Positions 36,216 through 45,160 of a DNA stretch of 64,000 nt are shown piece after piece. Source of the stretch: Candidatus Limnocylindrales bacterium (GTDB taxonomy: Bacteria > Chloroflexota > Limnocylindria > Limnocylindrales > CSP1-4); NCBI GenBank assembly GCA_050008515.1, contig JBEKMM010000004.1, positions 83,343 to 147,342 on the forward strand, given 5' to 3'. Each line of letters begins with the position of its first letter. The stretch's first letter is position 1. The translations under genes were made by a program, and so were the position numbers. A model generated the notes under the pieces. It saw only the letters and a program-made list of their open reading frames with translations. It was not told where the DNA came from and made no database searches.

Positions 36216-37556
36216 ATGCCAACGCGCAGCGAGATCGTCGAGGTCTCCGGCCGACAGGTCGCGATCACCAACCCGGACAAGGTCTACTTCGCCGGACCGG
36301 GCTACACCAAGCGCGATCTCGTCGCCTACTACATGGCCGTGGCCGCGGGAGCCCTGAGGGGAGCAGGTGGGCGGCCGATGGCGCTGAAGCGCTACGTCAA
36401 CGGCGCCGACGGCGACTTCTTCTTCCAGAAGCGCGCCCCCGATTCGCGCCCCGATTGGATCCAAACCGTCGAGATCTCGTTTCCGTCCGGTCGCACGGCC
36501 GACGAGATCGTGATCGACGACGCGGCCGGACTGGCCTGGATCGCCAACCTTGGCTGCCTCGATCTCAACCCGCACGCGGTCCGTGCCGACGACCTAGACC
36601 ACCCCGACGAGTTGCGAGTCGACCTCGACCCGGTCCCGGGCGTGCCCTGGAACGACATCCGGCGAGTCGCGCTCGTCACGCGCGAGGTGCTCGCCGACGT
36701 GGGCCTGGTGGGCTGGCCCAAGACCTCGGGTTCGCGCGGCATCCACGTCAACGTCCGGATCGAGCGGTGCTGGTCCTTCGACGAGGTCCGTCGCGCGGCG
36801 CTGGCGCTGGCCCGCGAGGTGGAGCGGCGCGCACCCACGATAGCCACGAGCAAGTGGTGGAAGGAAGAACGCCACGGCGTCTTCATCGACTACAACCAGA
36901 ACGCCAAGGACCGAACGGTCGCGTCTGCGTACTCGGTTCGGCCGGTGCCCGATGCCCGCGTCTCGGCGCCTGTGACCTGGGACGAGCTGCCCGAATGCGA
37001 GCTGGGCGACTTCACGATCGCGACGGTGCCGGCCCGGTTCGCCGCAGTCGGCGATCCAGCCGCCGGGATCGACGCGGCGGTCGGGTCGCTGGACGGGCTG
37101 CTCGAGTTGTCGGCGCGGCAGGCGAAGGCGGGGCAGGGCGACGCGCCGTGGCCACCCAACTACGCCAAGGCCCCCGGCGAGCCGCCGAGGGTCGCGCCGT
37201 CGCGTGCTCGCAAGCCGGCCAGCGGTGCGGCCGGCGGCGGGCCCAGCGGCGCGCCCAGCGGCCCGAGCCCCCGGGCGCCCTCGCCGACCGGTCGTCGCGC
37301 GTCCACCAAGCCGCTGATCGAGATCGCCCGAGCGGCCACCAGGGAGGCGGCTCTCGCCGCGTTCGAACGCTGGAAGTCGCGCCACGCCGGCGTTGTCGCC
37401 CACCTCGAGCCGTCCGACCTGCTGGTCGATTCGATGCGCGGGCGCTTCACGCTCTGGTATCGCATCCGCGTCAACCTCGAGCACGTGCCCGAGCCGGAGC
37501 GCCCGCCGCAGGAACCCCTCGACGCCGACTACGATCCGTGGAGTCAGTATCGCTGA
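36216..37556 (+). CDS. LigD-type polymerase (primase-polymerase, PolDom) domain protein with C-terminal extension
   Basis: N-terminal 300 aa match the NHEJ polymerase domain (KVYFAGPGYTKRDLVAYY, FFFQKRAPDSRPDWI, DLDP, SRGIHVNVRI). Low-complexity Pro/Ala tail follows. Confidence 0.8.
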   Translation: MPTRSEIVEVSGRQVAITNPDKVYFAGPGYTKRDLVAYYMAVAAGALRGAGGRPMALKRYVNGADGDFFFQKRAPDSRPDWIQTVEISFPSGRTADEIVIDDAAGLAWIANLGCLDLNPHAVRADDLDHPDELRVDLDPVPGVPWNDIRRVALVTREVLADVGLVGWPKTSGSRGIHVNVRIERCWSFDEVRRAALALAREVERRAPTIATSKWWKEERHGVFIDYNQNAKDRTVASAYSVRPVPDARVSAPVTWDELPECELGDFTIATVPARFAAVGDPAAGIDAAVGSLDGLLELSARQAKAGQGDAPWPPNYAKAPGEPPRVAPSRARKPASGAAGGGPSGAPSGPSPRAPSPTGRRASTKPLIEIARAATREAALAAFERWKSRHAGVVAHLEPSDLLVDSMRGRFTLWYRIRVNLEHVPEPERPPQEPLDADYDPWSQYR

Positions 37557-37598
37557 ACGGCCAGGCTGGCACGGCCCCGCCCGCCGACCCGGACCCGC

Positions 37599-38648
37599 CT
37601 ACCCTCCGAAGATCTCCTTGAGCTCGAAGGGGGCGGTCGTCTCCAGCTGGTCGTAGCGGCAGTCCGAGGGGCTCTTGTCGGGGCGCCAGCGCAGGAAGGT
37701 GGTGGCGTGGCGGAAGCGATCGCCCTGCAGGTGGTCATACGCGACCTCGCAGACGCGCTCGGCCCGCAGCGGCTCCCACGAGAGATCGCGGTCGCGGTTC
37801 CAGCGACTCACCGCGCCGGGCATGCGCTGGCCGGACTCGCGCGCGGCGGCCTCCCATTCGGCCCATTCGGCCCAGGGGTGCCCGTCGAGGGCGCCGGCGC
37901 GCAGCGGCGCGAGCTCCTCCGTCAGCGCGACGCGCCTCTCGGTCGTGAAGCTGGCCGTGATGCCGACGTGGTTCAGCCGGCCCGTGTCGTCGTACAGCCC
38001 GAGCAGCAGCGAACCGACCATCGTGCCGGGGCCGTTCTTGTGCCAACGGAAGCCGGCCACGACGCAGTCGGCGGTCCGGGCGTGCTTGATCTTGGCCCAG
38101 CCCCGCTTCCCCGGCTGGTAGCCCTCGGTCAGCCGCTTGGCCACGACTCCGTCCAGGCCCGCGCCCTCGAAATGGTGGAACCACTCGGTGGCGCGTTCGG
38201 GGTCGCGAGTCGCGGGCGTCAGGTGGATCGGCGGCGCGGCGTCCCGAAGCAGCACCTCCAGCAACTCGCGGCGCTCGCCCTGGGGCGTGGCGCGCAGGTC
38301 GCGGTCATCGAAGGCGAGGAGATCCCAGGCCACGTAGCTGGCGGGGGTCTGCGCCGCGAGCAGCTTGACTCGCGACGCGGCGGGGTGGATGCGCAGCAGC
38401 AGCGAGTCGAAGTCCAGGCCGTCGGGTCCGGCGATCACGACCTCGCCATCGAGGATGCAACGGGCGGGCAGGTTCGCTCGCAGGGCGGGCGGCAGCTCGG
38501 GGAAGTAGCGGTCGAGCGGCTTGAGATCGCGGCTCTGGATGAAGACCTCGTCGCCGTCGCGGAAGACCAGGGCCCGGAAGCCGTCCCACTTGGGCTCGTA
38601 CTGCCAGCCGGCGCCGGCTGGGATCCCGTCGGCGAGCTTGGCCAGCAT
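37599..38648 (-). CDS. ATP-dependent DNA ligase (LigC/LigD ligase-domain type)
   Basis: KxDG adenylation motif (EPKWDGFRALVF) and downstream ligase motifs (DGEVVIAG, DGVVAKR). Start taken at MLAKLADGIP (38646-38648). Confidence 0.85.
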   Translation of the reverse strand: MLAKLADGIPAGAGWQYEPKWDGFRALVFRDGDEVFIQSRDLKPLDRYFPELPPALRANLPARCILDGEVVIAGPDGLDFDSLLLRIHPAASRVKLLAAQTPASYVAWDLLAFDDRDLRATPQGERRELLEVLLRDAAPPIHLTPATRDPERATEWFHHFEGAGLDGVVAKRLTEGYQPGKRGWAKIKHARTADCVVAGFRWHKNGPGTMVGSLLLGLYDDTGRLNHVGITASFTTERRVALTEELAPLRAGALDGHPWAEWAEWEAAARESGQRMPGAVSRWNRDRDLSWEPLRAERVCEVAYDHLQGDRFRHATTFLRWRPDKSPSDCRYDQLETTAPFELKEIFGG

Positions 38649-39118
38649 CGGCTCGAGCGGCGGCTGGAACGGCAGGTTCACGCCGCGACTATAGCCGAGG
38701 CGGTCGGCGGCGCCGACTTGTGCCGCTTCCGCGCCCAGGCCGCGACACGTTCCCCCAGCACGCCTGGAGGGAGCACTAGGTCGAACCAGAGCCGCGGGCA
38801 CGCCGCCCTGGCAGTCGACTCGGCCTATTTCGAGTCACTCGGACCGGCCGGAGCAGCTCTCCGACACCACCATGGGGCCGAACGGGGTCACGAAGCGCCT
38901 GGGCGACCGCAGTTCTCCGCGCAGCACTCCAGCCATGCGTATCGGGCAAGAAGCCGAGGCCGGCCCGACAGGGGCACGGGCCGGTCCGCCGCCCCCGCGT
39001 CCGGGGGAACGTGAGGCCCGCCCCAGGACGACAAACGGCCCTATGCCGGCCGGGCGAGGATGGGGCAACCTCGAAGACCCGGATCGGATCGGGATGCAGC
39101 AGCCAGGTGGTGAATCGA

Positions 39119-40432
39119 ATGGCGAAGGCTGGAACCGCGACTGGCGAGCGCAACTTCGAGGTGGTCGGGATCGCGCGCGTCGAAGGCGAGGGCACACTCA
39201 AGCTGCGCATCACCGACGGCGAGGTCAAGGAGGCTCGCCTCTCGATCTTCGAGGCGCCCCGCTACTTCGAGAAGCTCGTCGTGGGGCGCATGCCCAACGA
39301 GGTCGTCGACATCGTGGCGCGGATCTGCGGCATCTGCCCGGTCGCCTACCAGATGGGCGCGTCGATGGCCTTCGAGCACCTCTTCGAGGTCGAGATCGAC
39401 CCCCAGGTTCGGGCCCTGCGCAAGCTCTTCTACTGGGGCGAATGGATCGAGAGCCACGCCCTCCACGTCTACATGCTCCATGCCCCGGACTTCCTGGGCT
39501 ACGAGAGCGCGATCGCCATGGCCCGCGATCACAAGCACATCGTCGAGCAAGCCCTCCGGCTCAAGCGGACCGGCAACGAGATCATGAAGCTGATCGGAGG
39601 CCGGGCGATCCACCCCGTCGCGATGCGCGTCGGCGGCCTGTCGAGGACCCCCACGAAAGCAGAGATAGCGGCGCTGCACGATCCGCTCAAGGAAGCGCTC
39701 GACCTGTCGAAGGCGACGCTCAAGCTCGTCGGCGCGTTCAAAGCGCCGGCATTCGAGCGCGACCCGCTCTACGTTGCCATCAAGCACCCGATCGAGTACG
39801 GCCTCAACGAGGGCCGGATCGTCTCAACCGACGGGATCGACGTGCCGATCTGGGGCTGGCGCGAGGCTTTCCACGAGGAGCACCACGAAGGCACGAACGC
39901 CCTCCACGCCCGAACCAACGACGGCCGAACGTACATGCTCGGGCCGGCCGCGCGCGTGACCCTCAACGCCGACCAGCTCCATCCGATCGCCCGCGAGGCG
40001 CTCGGCGCCAGCGGCCTGGCGAAGCAGATCGCCCGCAACCCGTACTGGAGCATCGCCGCCCGCGCCGTGGAGCTGATCCACGCTTCGGCCTCGGCGCTCG
40101 ACATCGTCAAGACCTACGAGGAACCGGCCCGGCCGTTCGAGGCCTGGACGCCACGGGGCGGCGAGACGGGCTGGGGCTCGGAGGCGCCGCGCGGCATCTG
40201 CTGGCACCACTACGACGTTGACGACAACGGGCGCATCCTGGCGGCCCAGATCATCGCCCCCACGGGACAGAACCAGGGCATGATCGAGCAGGACCTGACC
40301 GGGTTCGCACCGCAGGTCCTGTCCCTATCTCACGCCGAGGCCACGGTGCGCCTGGAGCAGCTGATTCGAGCTTACGACCCCTGCATCAGCTGCGCGACGC
40401 ACTTCCTCACGCTCGAGATCGAGCGCGACTGA
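39119..40432 (+). CDS. [NiFe]-hydrogenase large-subunit homolog (short, about 437 aa), no adjacent small subunit
   Basis: N-terminal Ni-binding motif RICGICP and C-terminal DPCISCATH followed by a 9-aa tail; overall NiFe large-subunit architecture. AGGTGG RBS before ATG 39119. No FeS small-subunit gene on either side. Confidence 0.7.
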   Translation: MAKAGTATGERNFEVVGIARVEGEGTLKLRITDGEVKEARLSIFEAPRYFEKLVVGRMPNEVVDIVARICGICPVAYQMGASMAFEHLFEVEIDPQVRALRKLFYWGEWIESHALHVYMLHAPDFLGYESAIAMARDHKHIVEQALRLKRTGNEIMKLIGGRAIHPVAMRVGGLSRTPTKAEIAALHDPLKEALDLSKATLKLVGAFKAPAFERDPLYVAIKHPIEYGLNEGRIVSTDGIDVPIWGWREAFHEEHHEGTNALHARTNDGRTYMLGPAARVTLNADQLHPIAREALGASGLAKQIARNPYWSIAARAVELIHASASALDIVKTYEEPARPFEAWTPRGGETGWGSEAPRGICWHHYDVDDNGRILAAQIIAPTGQNQGMIEQDLTGFAPQVLSLSHAEATVRLEQLIRAYDPCISCATHFLTLEIERD

Positions 40433-40542
40433 TCGTCGGGCGGCCGGCACATCCCTTCGTTGGCGCCTGCGCTCCTCGGTGCTCTACGCCGCCTCGGCCT
40501 GCGCTCGGCGGCCCGGCGATCTCGCGTACTCTGGGGAACGAA

Positions 40543-41349
40543 GTGATCGAACTCTTCTTCAAGATCGTGCTGCCGGTGCTGATGATCGGCATCGTCACGC
40601 TCGTCAGCCATCGCTACGGACCCTCCGTCGGAGGCATCCTCGGCGCCGTTCCGGCGAAGGGCGGCCCGATCCTGCTCTTCCTGGCCCTGGATCAAGGGCG
40701 GTCCTTCGCCGCCACCTCGGCCGCGGCCTCGCTCGGCGGAGCCGGCGGCTGCGGCGTCTTCTGCCTGGTCTACGCCCTGGTCTGCCGCCGGGTGAGCTGG
40801 CCACTGGCGGGGGCGGCGGCGTACGGCGCGTTCGTCGCGACCTGGGCGGTGATGCTGCCCATCTCGTCCTGGGGTCTCGGGCCGGCGTTCGTGGCCACGC
40901 TGTCCATTCTGATCGTGTCGAGACGGCTGCTACCCGAGGCGCCCCCGGTCGGAGGCCGTCGGGCGACGACCCTGACCGACCTGCCGGCGCGGATGCTCAC
41001 CGGGGCCGGCATGGTCGTCTTCGTCACGACTGTCGGGCCGTACTTCGGGGCCACCATCAGCGGCATGCTGACGACGATCCCGACTGTGGCCGCGGTGCTG
41101 GCGCTCTTCACCCACGCCCAGGAAGGCCCCGAGCGGACGATCGGCGTCATGCGAGGCCTGACCCATGGCCTGCTCGGCTTCGCCGCATTCCTGACGGTCG
41201 TTGCTGCGACCCTCGTGCCGTTGGGCATCGCCGGAGCTTTCGCGCTGGCCGGCACGGCCGTGGTCGCCGTCCAGCTCGTCGAGCTGCGGTCGGCCCTGCG
41301 GGAGCGCCGACCGGAGGCGGTGCCCGCCGGCCTGGAAGCCGCGGAGTAA
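40543..41349 (+). CDS. polytopic membrane protein of unknown family (paralog 1, internal two-fold repeat)
   Basis: GTG start. Six or more TM helices. Motifs RYGPSVGG and FTHAQEGPE are shared with the 42728..43516 product. Confidence 0.55.
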   Translation: MIELFFKIVLPVLMIGIVTLVSHRYGPSVGGILGAVPAKGGPILLFLALDQGRSFAATSAAASLGGAGGCGVFCLVYALVCRRVSWPLAGAAAYGAFVATWAVMLPISSWGLGPAFVATLSILIVSRRLLPEAPPVGGRRATTLTDLPARMLTGAGMVVFVTTVGPYFGATISGMLTTIPTVAAVLALFTHAQEGPERTIGVMRGLTHGLLGFAAFLTVVAATLVPLGIAGAFALAGTAVVAVQLVELRSALRERRPEAVPAGLEAAE

Positions 41350-41365
41350 CGAGCGAAGGCGAGGC

Positions 41366-42049
41366 TCAGCCCTGTTTCGAGCCCACCCGGACACTGATGG
41401 TGCCGGCGGTGCGGGTGCGCGCCTGGATCGCTTCCCAGCCCGAGATCGCCGTCGTCATGTGAGCCTCGGCCGTGGCGACGTGGAACGATTCGTCGGTGCC
41501 CCCGCGCAACGGCGAGACGTCCGGAGCGTAGTGCTGGCCTGGTGGGATCGGGCCGCACTGTTTGGCCGCCCTGGCCAGCCGCTCGGAATCGCACAGCGCT
41601 CCAGGAGCGACGAGCAGCTCGCCCAGCAGCTCGTCGAGGTCACGGCCCAGCAGGAACACCTCCATCGTGTCCGGCATGAAGAGCTCCGGCAGGGCGACGG
41701 TGCCCTGCCAGCGGAATCCCAGCTGGTCGCCGAACGGCGTCTGCCCGAAGAAGAAGGGCCCGCCCTGCTTGGGCGGCGAGTAGACCGACCGCCACCACGG
41801 GGCGGCGTTCCATTCGAGCACCTCCGGGCCGGGCAGTCCGGAGCCGGCGTCGCCGAAGATGTAGATCTCGCCGCCGCCGAAGGAGCCCGCGCCGACTCGA
41901 AGCCAGAACAGCTGCAACGCAGCTGGCACGGAGATTCCGAACCGCTCCTCAATCGCCTCAGCCAGCGACACGCCGTCCACCGGGTGCGTCTGACCGGGAA
42001 TCGGTGGGTAGGCGGCGAGGAACGACCGGAAGGAAGCGTCCCGCTTCAT
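41366..42049 (-). CDS. hypothetical cytoplasmic protein (possible SMI1/KNR4 or SUKH-like fold)
   Basis: 227 aa. FGISVPAALQLFWLRVGAGSFGGGEIYIFGD resembles Smi1/Knr4 family cores. Assignment is tentative. Confidence 0.35.
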   Translation of the reverse strand: MKRDASFRSFLAAYPPIPGQTHPVDGVSLAEAIEERFGISVPAALQLFWLRVGAGSFGGGEIYIFGDAGSGLPGPEVLEWNAAPWWRSVYSPPKQGGPFFFGQTPFGDQLGFRWQGTVALPELFMPDTMEVFLLGRDLDELLGELLVAPGALCDSERLARAAKQCGPIPPGQHYAPDVSPLRGGTDESFHVATAEAHMTTAISGWEAIQARTRTAGTISVRVGSKQG

Positions 42050-42196
42050 TCGTACCCCACTGGGTGACTCGTCCTCCAGCCCGCTTCAATCCGAACGTCA
42101 GCTGAGACTCTACTCCGTCGGCCGCATCAAGGGGCGACGAATGCACGGTACCGGTGACGCGGCGAACCGCCCCCGATCGGCCGCTAGACTGCCGGA

Positions 42197-42724
42197 ATGA
42201 GCGACCAATCCGGGCGGCCGAGCGTGCGGGTGCTGCTCTGCGGGGAGCGCATGCGGGGCGACGACGCGGCCGCGCTTCGCGCCGCCGAGATGCTGCCCGA
42301 GGACGCGCGGGCGCTTGCCGAGGTGGTCGAGGTAGGGCAGCTGTCCGTGGAGGCGTTGCTCGACATCCCGGACGGAGTGGCGGCTATCGTCGCCGACTCG
42401 GCTGTTGGAGTGGCTCCGGGCGTGGTGGTCACGCTGCCGTTGGAGCATGTGGCGCAGGGCGCGGCCGGCGGCCCCGGCGCGGCCGGCGGCCCCGGCGCGG
42501 CCGGCGGAGCGACCCCGGCCTCCTCCCATTCGCTCCCCCCGGACCAGGTTCTGGCTCTGGCGGCGGAGTTGCGCGGGTCGTTGCCACGGGGCGTCTTCGT
42601 TGGGATCGGCGGCGCCGAGTTCGGTTTCGGGGAGCGGCTGTCGCCGGCGGTGGCGGCGGGGCTCGCCGCATACGCAGCGACTCTCGCCGACGAGATCCGG
42701 CGGCTCTCGGCGGACGAGCCCTGA
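42197..42724 (+). CDS. hydrogenase maturation endopeptidase (HycI/HyaD/HoxW family)
   Basis: VLLCGERMRGDDAAAL (N-terminal metal-binding Asp region), a His-containing segment, and GVFVGIGGAEFGFGERLSPAV typical of hydrogenase C-terminal processing proteases. Confidence 0.65.
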   Translation: MSDQSGRPSVRVLLCGERMRGDDAAALRAAEMLPEDARALAEVVEVGQLSVEALLDIPDGVAAIVADSAVGVAPGVVVTLPLEHVAQGAAGGPGAAGGPGAAGGATPASSHSLPPDQVLALAAELRGSLPRGVFVGIGGAEFGFGERLSPAVAAGLAAYAATLADEIRRLSADEP

Positions 42725-42727
42725 CCC

Positions 42728-43516
42728 GTGGCGCTTCTCCTGCTGAAGCTCTCCCTGACGCCGATACTGATCGGATCGGCGAGCCTGGCCGCGCGCCGCT
42801 GGGGTCCGTCGGTGGGCGGCTGGCTGGTGGCGTTGCCGCTGACCTCCGGGCCGGTCGCGCTGTACATCGCCCTCGACCGAGGCACGGCTTTCGCCGCGGG
42901 CACGGCCGAAGGCTCGATCGGTGGCCTGCTCGGGGACGCCGCGTTCGCCCTTGGTTATGCCTGGCTGGCGCGTCGCTTCGGTTGGCTCGCATCCATGCTC
43001 GGCGGTTTCGGGTGCTTCGCCATCGCGGCGCTGGCGATGCAGCCGTTCATCACCGGCCCGGCCGTCCTCCTGTTCGCCATCGTGGCGGTAGCGATGGTCA
43101 TCGGCCTGCGCCTCGCCCCGGCCGTTTCCGCCGCCGGCGGCATCACGCCGCTACCCCGCTGGGACATACCCGCCCGAATGGTGGTCGGCACCTCGATCGT
43201 GCTCGCCATCACCGAGGCGGCCTCGGTCCTGGGACCGCAGCTGAGCGGGATCCTCGCCGCCTTCCCGATCTACGTCACCGTGCTGGCCGTCTTTGCCCAT
43301 CGGCTGGAGGGCCCCGAGCCGGCAATGGGCGTCGCCCGCGGTCTCCAGGTCGGCCTCTTCGGCACGATCGTCTTCTTCCTGGTGGTCACCAGCACCATCG
43401 AGAGCCTGGGCATCGGATTCGCCTTCGGTGCCGGAACCCTGGCGACGGTCGCGGTTCAATCGGTCTCCTTGCGGCTGGTTCGACGGCCCGTGTCTACCTC
43501 GGTGAGTGCGCCGTAA
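42728..43516 (+). CDS. polytopic membrane protein of unknown family (paralog 2)
   Basis: GTG start 4 nt after the protease stop. Shares RWGPSVGG and FAHRLEGPEP motifs and overall topology with the 40543..41349 product. Confidence 0.55.
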   Translation: MALLLLKLSLTPILIGSASLAARRWGPSVGGWLVALPLTSGPVALYIALDRGTAFAAGTAEGSIGGLLGDAAFALGYAWLARRFGWLASMLGGFGCFAIAALAMQPFITGPAVLLFAIVAVAMVIGLRLAPAVSAAGGITPLPRWDIPARMVVGTSIVLAITEAASVLGPQLSGILAAFPIYVTVLAVFAHRLEGPEPAMGVARGLQVGLFGTIVFFLVVTSTIESLGIGFAFGAGTLATVAVQSVSLRLVRRPVSTSVSAP

Positions 43517-43524
43517 CGCTCTCT

Positions 43525-43566
43525 TGACAGGACATGCATACTGGTACGTATGTCTGACCAGTCAAC
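43525..43566 (+). promoter_or_regulatory. candidate promoter/operator upstream of the TetR-ABC operon
   Basis: Perfect TTGACA hexamer and an inverted repeat CATAC-N6-GTATG spanning the ATG of the TetR gene. Confidence 0.3.
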
Positions 43567-44359
43567 CCGGGGGACGATCCTGAGCGCGGCTCGTCGCCAG
43601 CTCCAGGCAAGCCCGACCGCGCTCTCCGTTCAGGCGATCGCGGCCGAGGCGGGAGTCTCGCGCCAGACGATCCACCACTACTTCGGCGGCCTGCGGGGGC
43701 TGCGAGCGGCTCTCGCAGCCGAGGGGCTGGACACCTCCGCCAGCCAGGACGAGCCCACGCGCGACCGGCTGATCGACGCCGCCCAAAGGCTGTTCTCGCG
43801 GCCCGGCAGCGGCCTGATCTCCGTCGAGGCCATCGCCGCCGAGGCTGGGCTGACCAAAGGCGCGATCTACCACCATTTCGACGACAGGGCGGAGCTCCTC
43901 CGCGAAGTCGCCCGCTGGGTCAGCCCGGTCGGCGAGATGCGGGCCCAGATCGAGCCGTCGATCGGGCTCGGTGCGCGGGAGGGCTTGATTGCCATCGCCC
44001 GAGCCTATTACGCGGCGATGCGCGCCCGGGCCGATCTGATCCGCAACCTTGCCGCCAACTCGTCGCAGGACCCTGAGCTTGCTCGCGTCGTCATGTCCGA
44101 GATGATCGGCCAGGGCGTCCCGCTGATGCTCGCCTGGTATGGGCTTCAGGTTGAGAAGGGCAACCTGCGCCCGATCGATCCGGCCTTGCTGATCCAGGGC
44201 CTCTTCGGCCCCGTCTTCCTGCTCATCGTCCTGGGCCCGACCGTCTTCGACGAGCTGGCCCAGATCGGTATCCATCCCGTTGTCGACAACGTCGAGGCCT
44301 ATGTGGACCTGCTCCTGCACGGCGCCGCGCAGCCCGACGGCAGCTCAGGAGGTAACTAG
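43550..44359 (+). CDS. TetR-family regulator with two tandem TetR_N HTH modules
   Basis: Two HTH-like segments: LSVQAIAAEAGVSRQTIHHYFG and ISVEAIAAEAGLTKGAIYHHFD. Confidence 0.8.
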   Translation: MSDQSTRGTILSAARRQLQASPTALSVQAIAAEAGVSRQTIHHYFGGLRGLRAALAAEGLDTSASQDEPTRDRLIDAAQRLFSRPGSGLISVEAIAAEAGLTKGAIYHHFDDRAELLREVARWVSPVGEMRAQIEPSIGLGAREGLIAIARAYYAAMRARADLIRNLAANSSQDPELARVVMSEMIGQGVPLMLAWYGLQVEKGNLRPIDPALLIQGLFGPVFLLIVLGPTVFDELAQIGIHPVVDNVEAYVDLLLHGAAQPDGSSGGN

Positions 44360-45160
44360 ATGGCAGCCGCTCCAGCTCCTCTCGCGCCGGCGCTCGAGGC
44401 AATCGCCCTGCACAAGAATTTCGGGCCGATCCACGCCGTGGACGGGATCGACATGGCGCTACCTCCCGGCCGGATCTACGGGCTGCTCGGCCCGAACGGA
44501 TCCGGCAAGACCACGCTCATCCGGCTCCTGGCCGGCCTCGCGTCGGCGACGAGCGGCAGGGCCCGCGTCCTGGGAGTGGAGATGCCGTCGCGCCCGAACC
44601 TGGCGCGCATCGGGTACATGACCCAGTCCGACGGCATCTACCCCGAGCTGTCGGTCTGGGAGAACCTGTCGTTCTTCGCCGCCCTCTACGGCCAGACCGA
44701 CAGGGCCGAGCTGATGCACTCCCTCGAGCTGGTGGAGCTTGACAAGCGGACCGGGACGCCGGCCCAGAACCTCTCCGGCGGGATGCGACGCCGCCTGTCG
44801 ATGGCTTGCGCGCTGGCCCATCGCCCGACCGTCATCTTCCTCGACGAACCCACGGTCGGCGTGGACCCGGCCCTGCGAGTCCAGTTCTGGGACCACTTCC
44901 ACCGGCTGGCCGCGGGCGGAGCCACGCTCCTGGTCTCGAGCCACGTCATGGACGAGGCCGACCGCTGCGACGAGCTGCTGTTCATCCGCGACGGGCACGT
45001 CCTAGCGCAGGGGACGCCGGCCGAGCTCCGAAAGCGGGCCGGCACTGACAGCCTCGAAACCGCCTTCCTCCGGTTCGCGGGCGAAACCCCCACCGGGTCC
45101 GCGACGACCGCCCGCGAATCCGCCGCTTCCGGCGCAGCCGCGAAGGAGACCAACCGATGA
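44360..45160 (+). CDS. ABC transporter ATP-binding protein
   Basis: Walker A GPNGSGKTT, signature LSGGMRRRL, Walker B IFLDEPTVGVD. Confidence 0.9.
   Translation: MAAAPAPLAPALEAIALHKNFGPIHAVDGIDMALPPGRIYGLLGPNGSGKTTLIRLLAGLASATSGRARVLGVEMPSRPNLARIGYMTQSDGIYPELSVWENLSFFAALYGQTDRAELMHSLELVELDKRTGTPAQNLSGGMRRRLSMACALAHRPTVIFLDEPTVGVDPALRVQFWDHFHRLAAGGATLLVSSHVMDEADRCDELLFIRDGHVLAQGTPAELRKRAGTDSLETAFLRFAGETPTGSATTARESAASGAAAKETNR

Noticed and set aside
38872-40221. 449-aa plus-strand ORF overlapping the hydrogenase large-subunit gene in another frame
   Set aside because: It is Arg/Pro/Gly-rich junk. The alternative frame carries intact NiFe large-subunit motifs.
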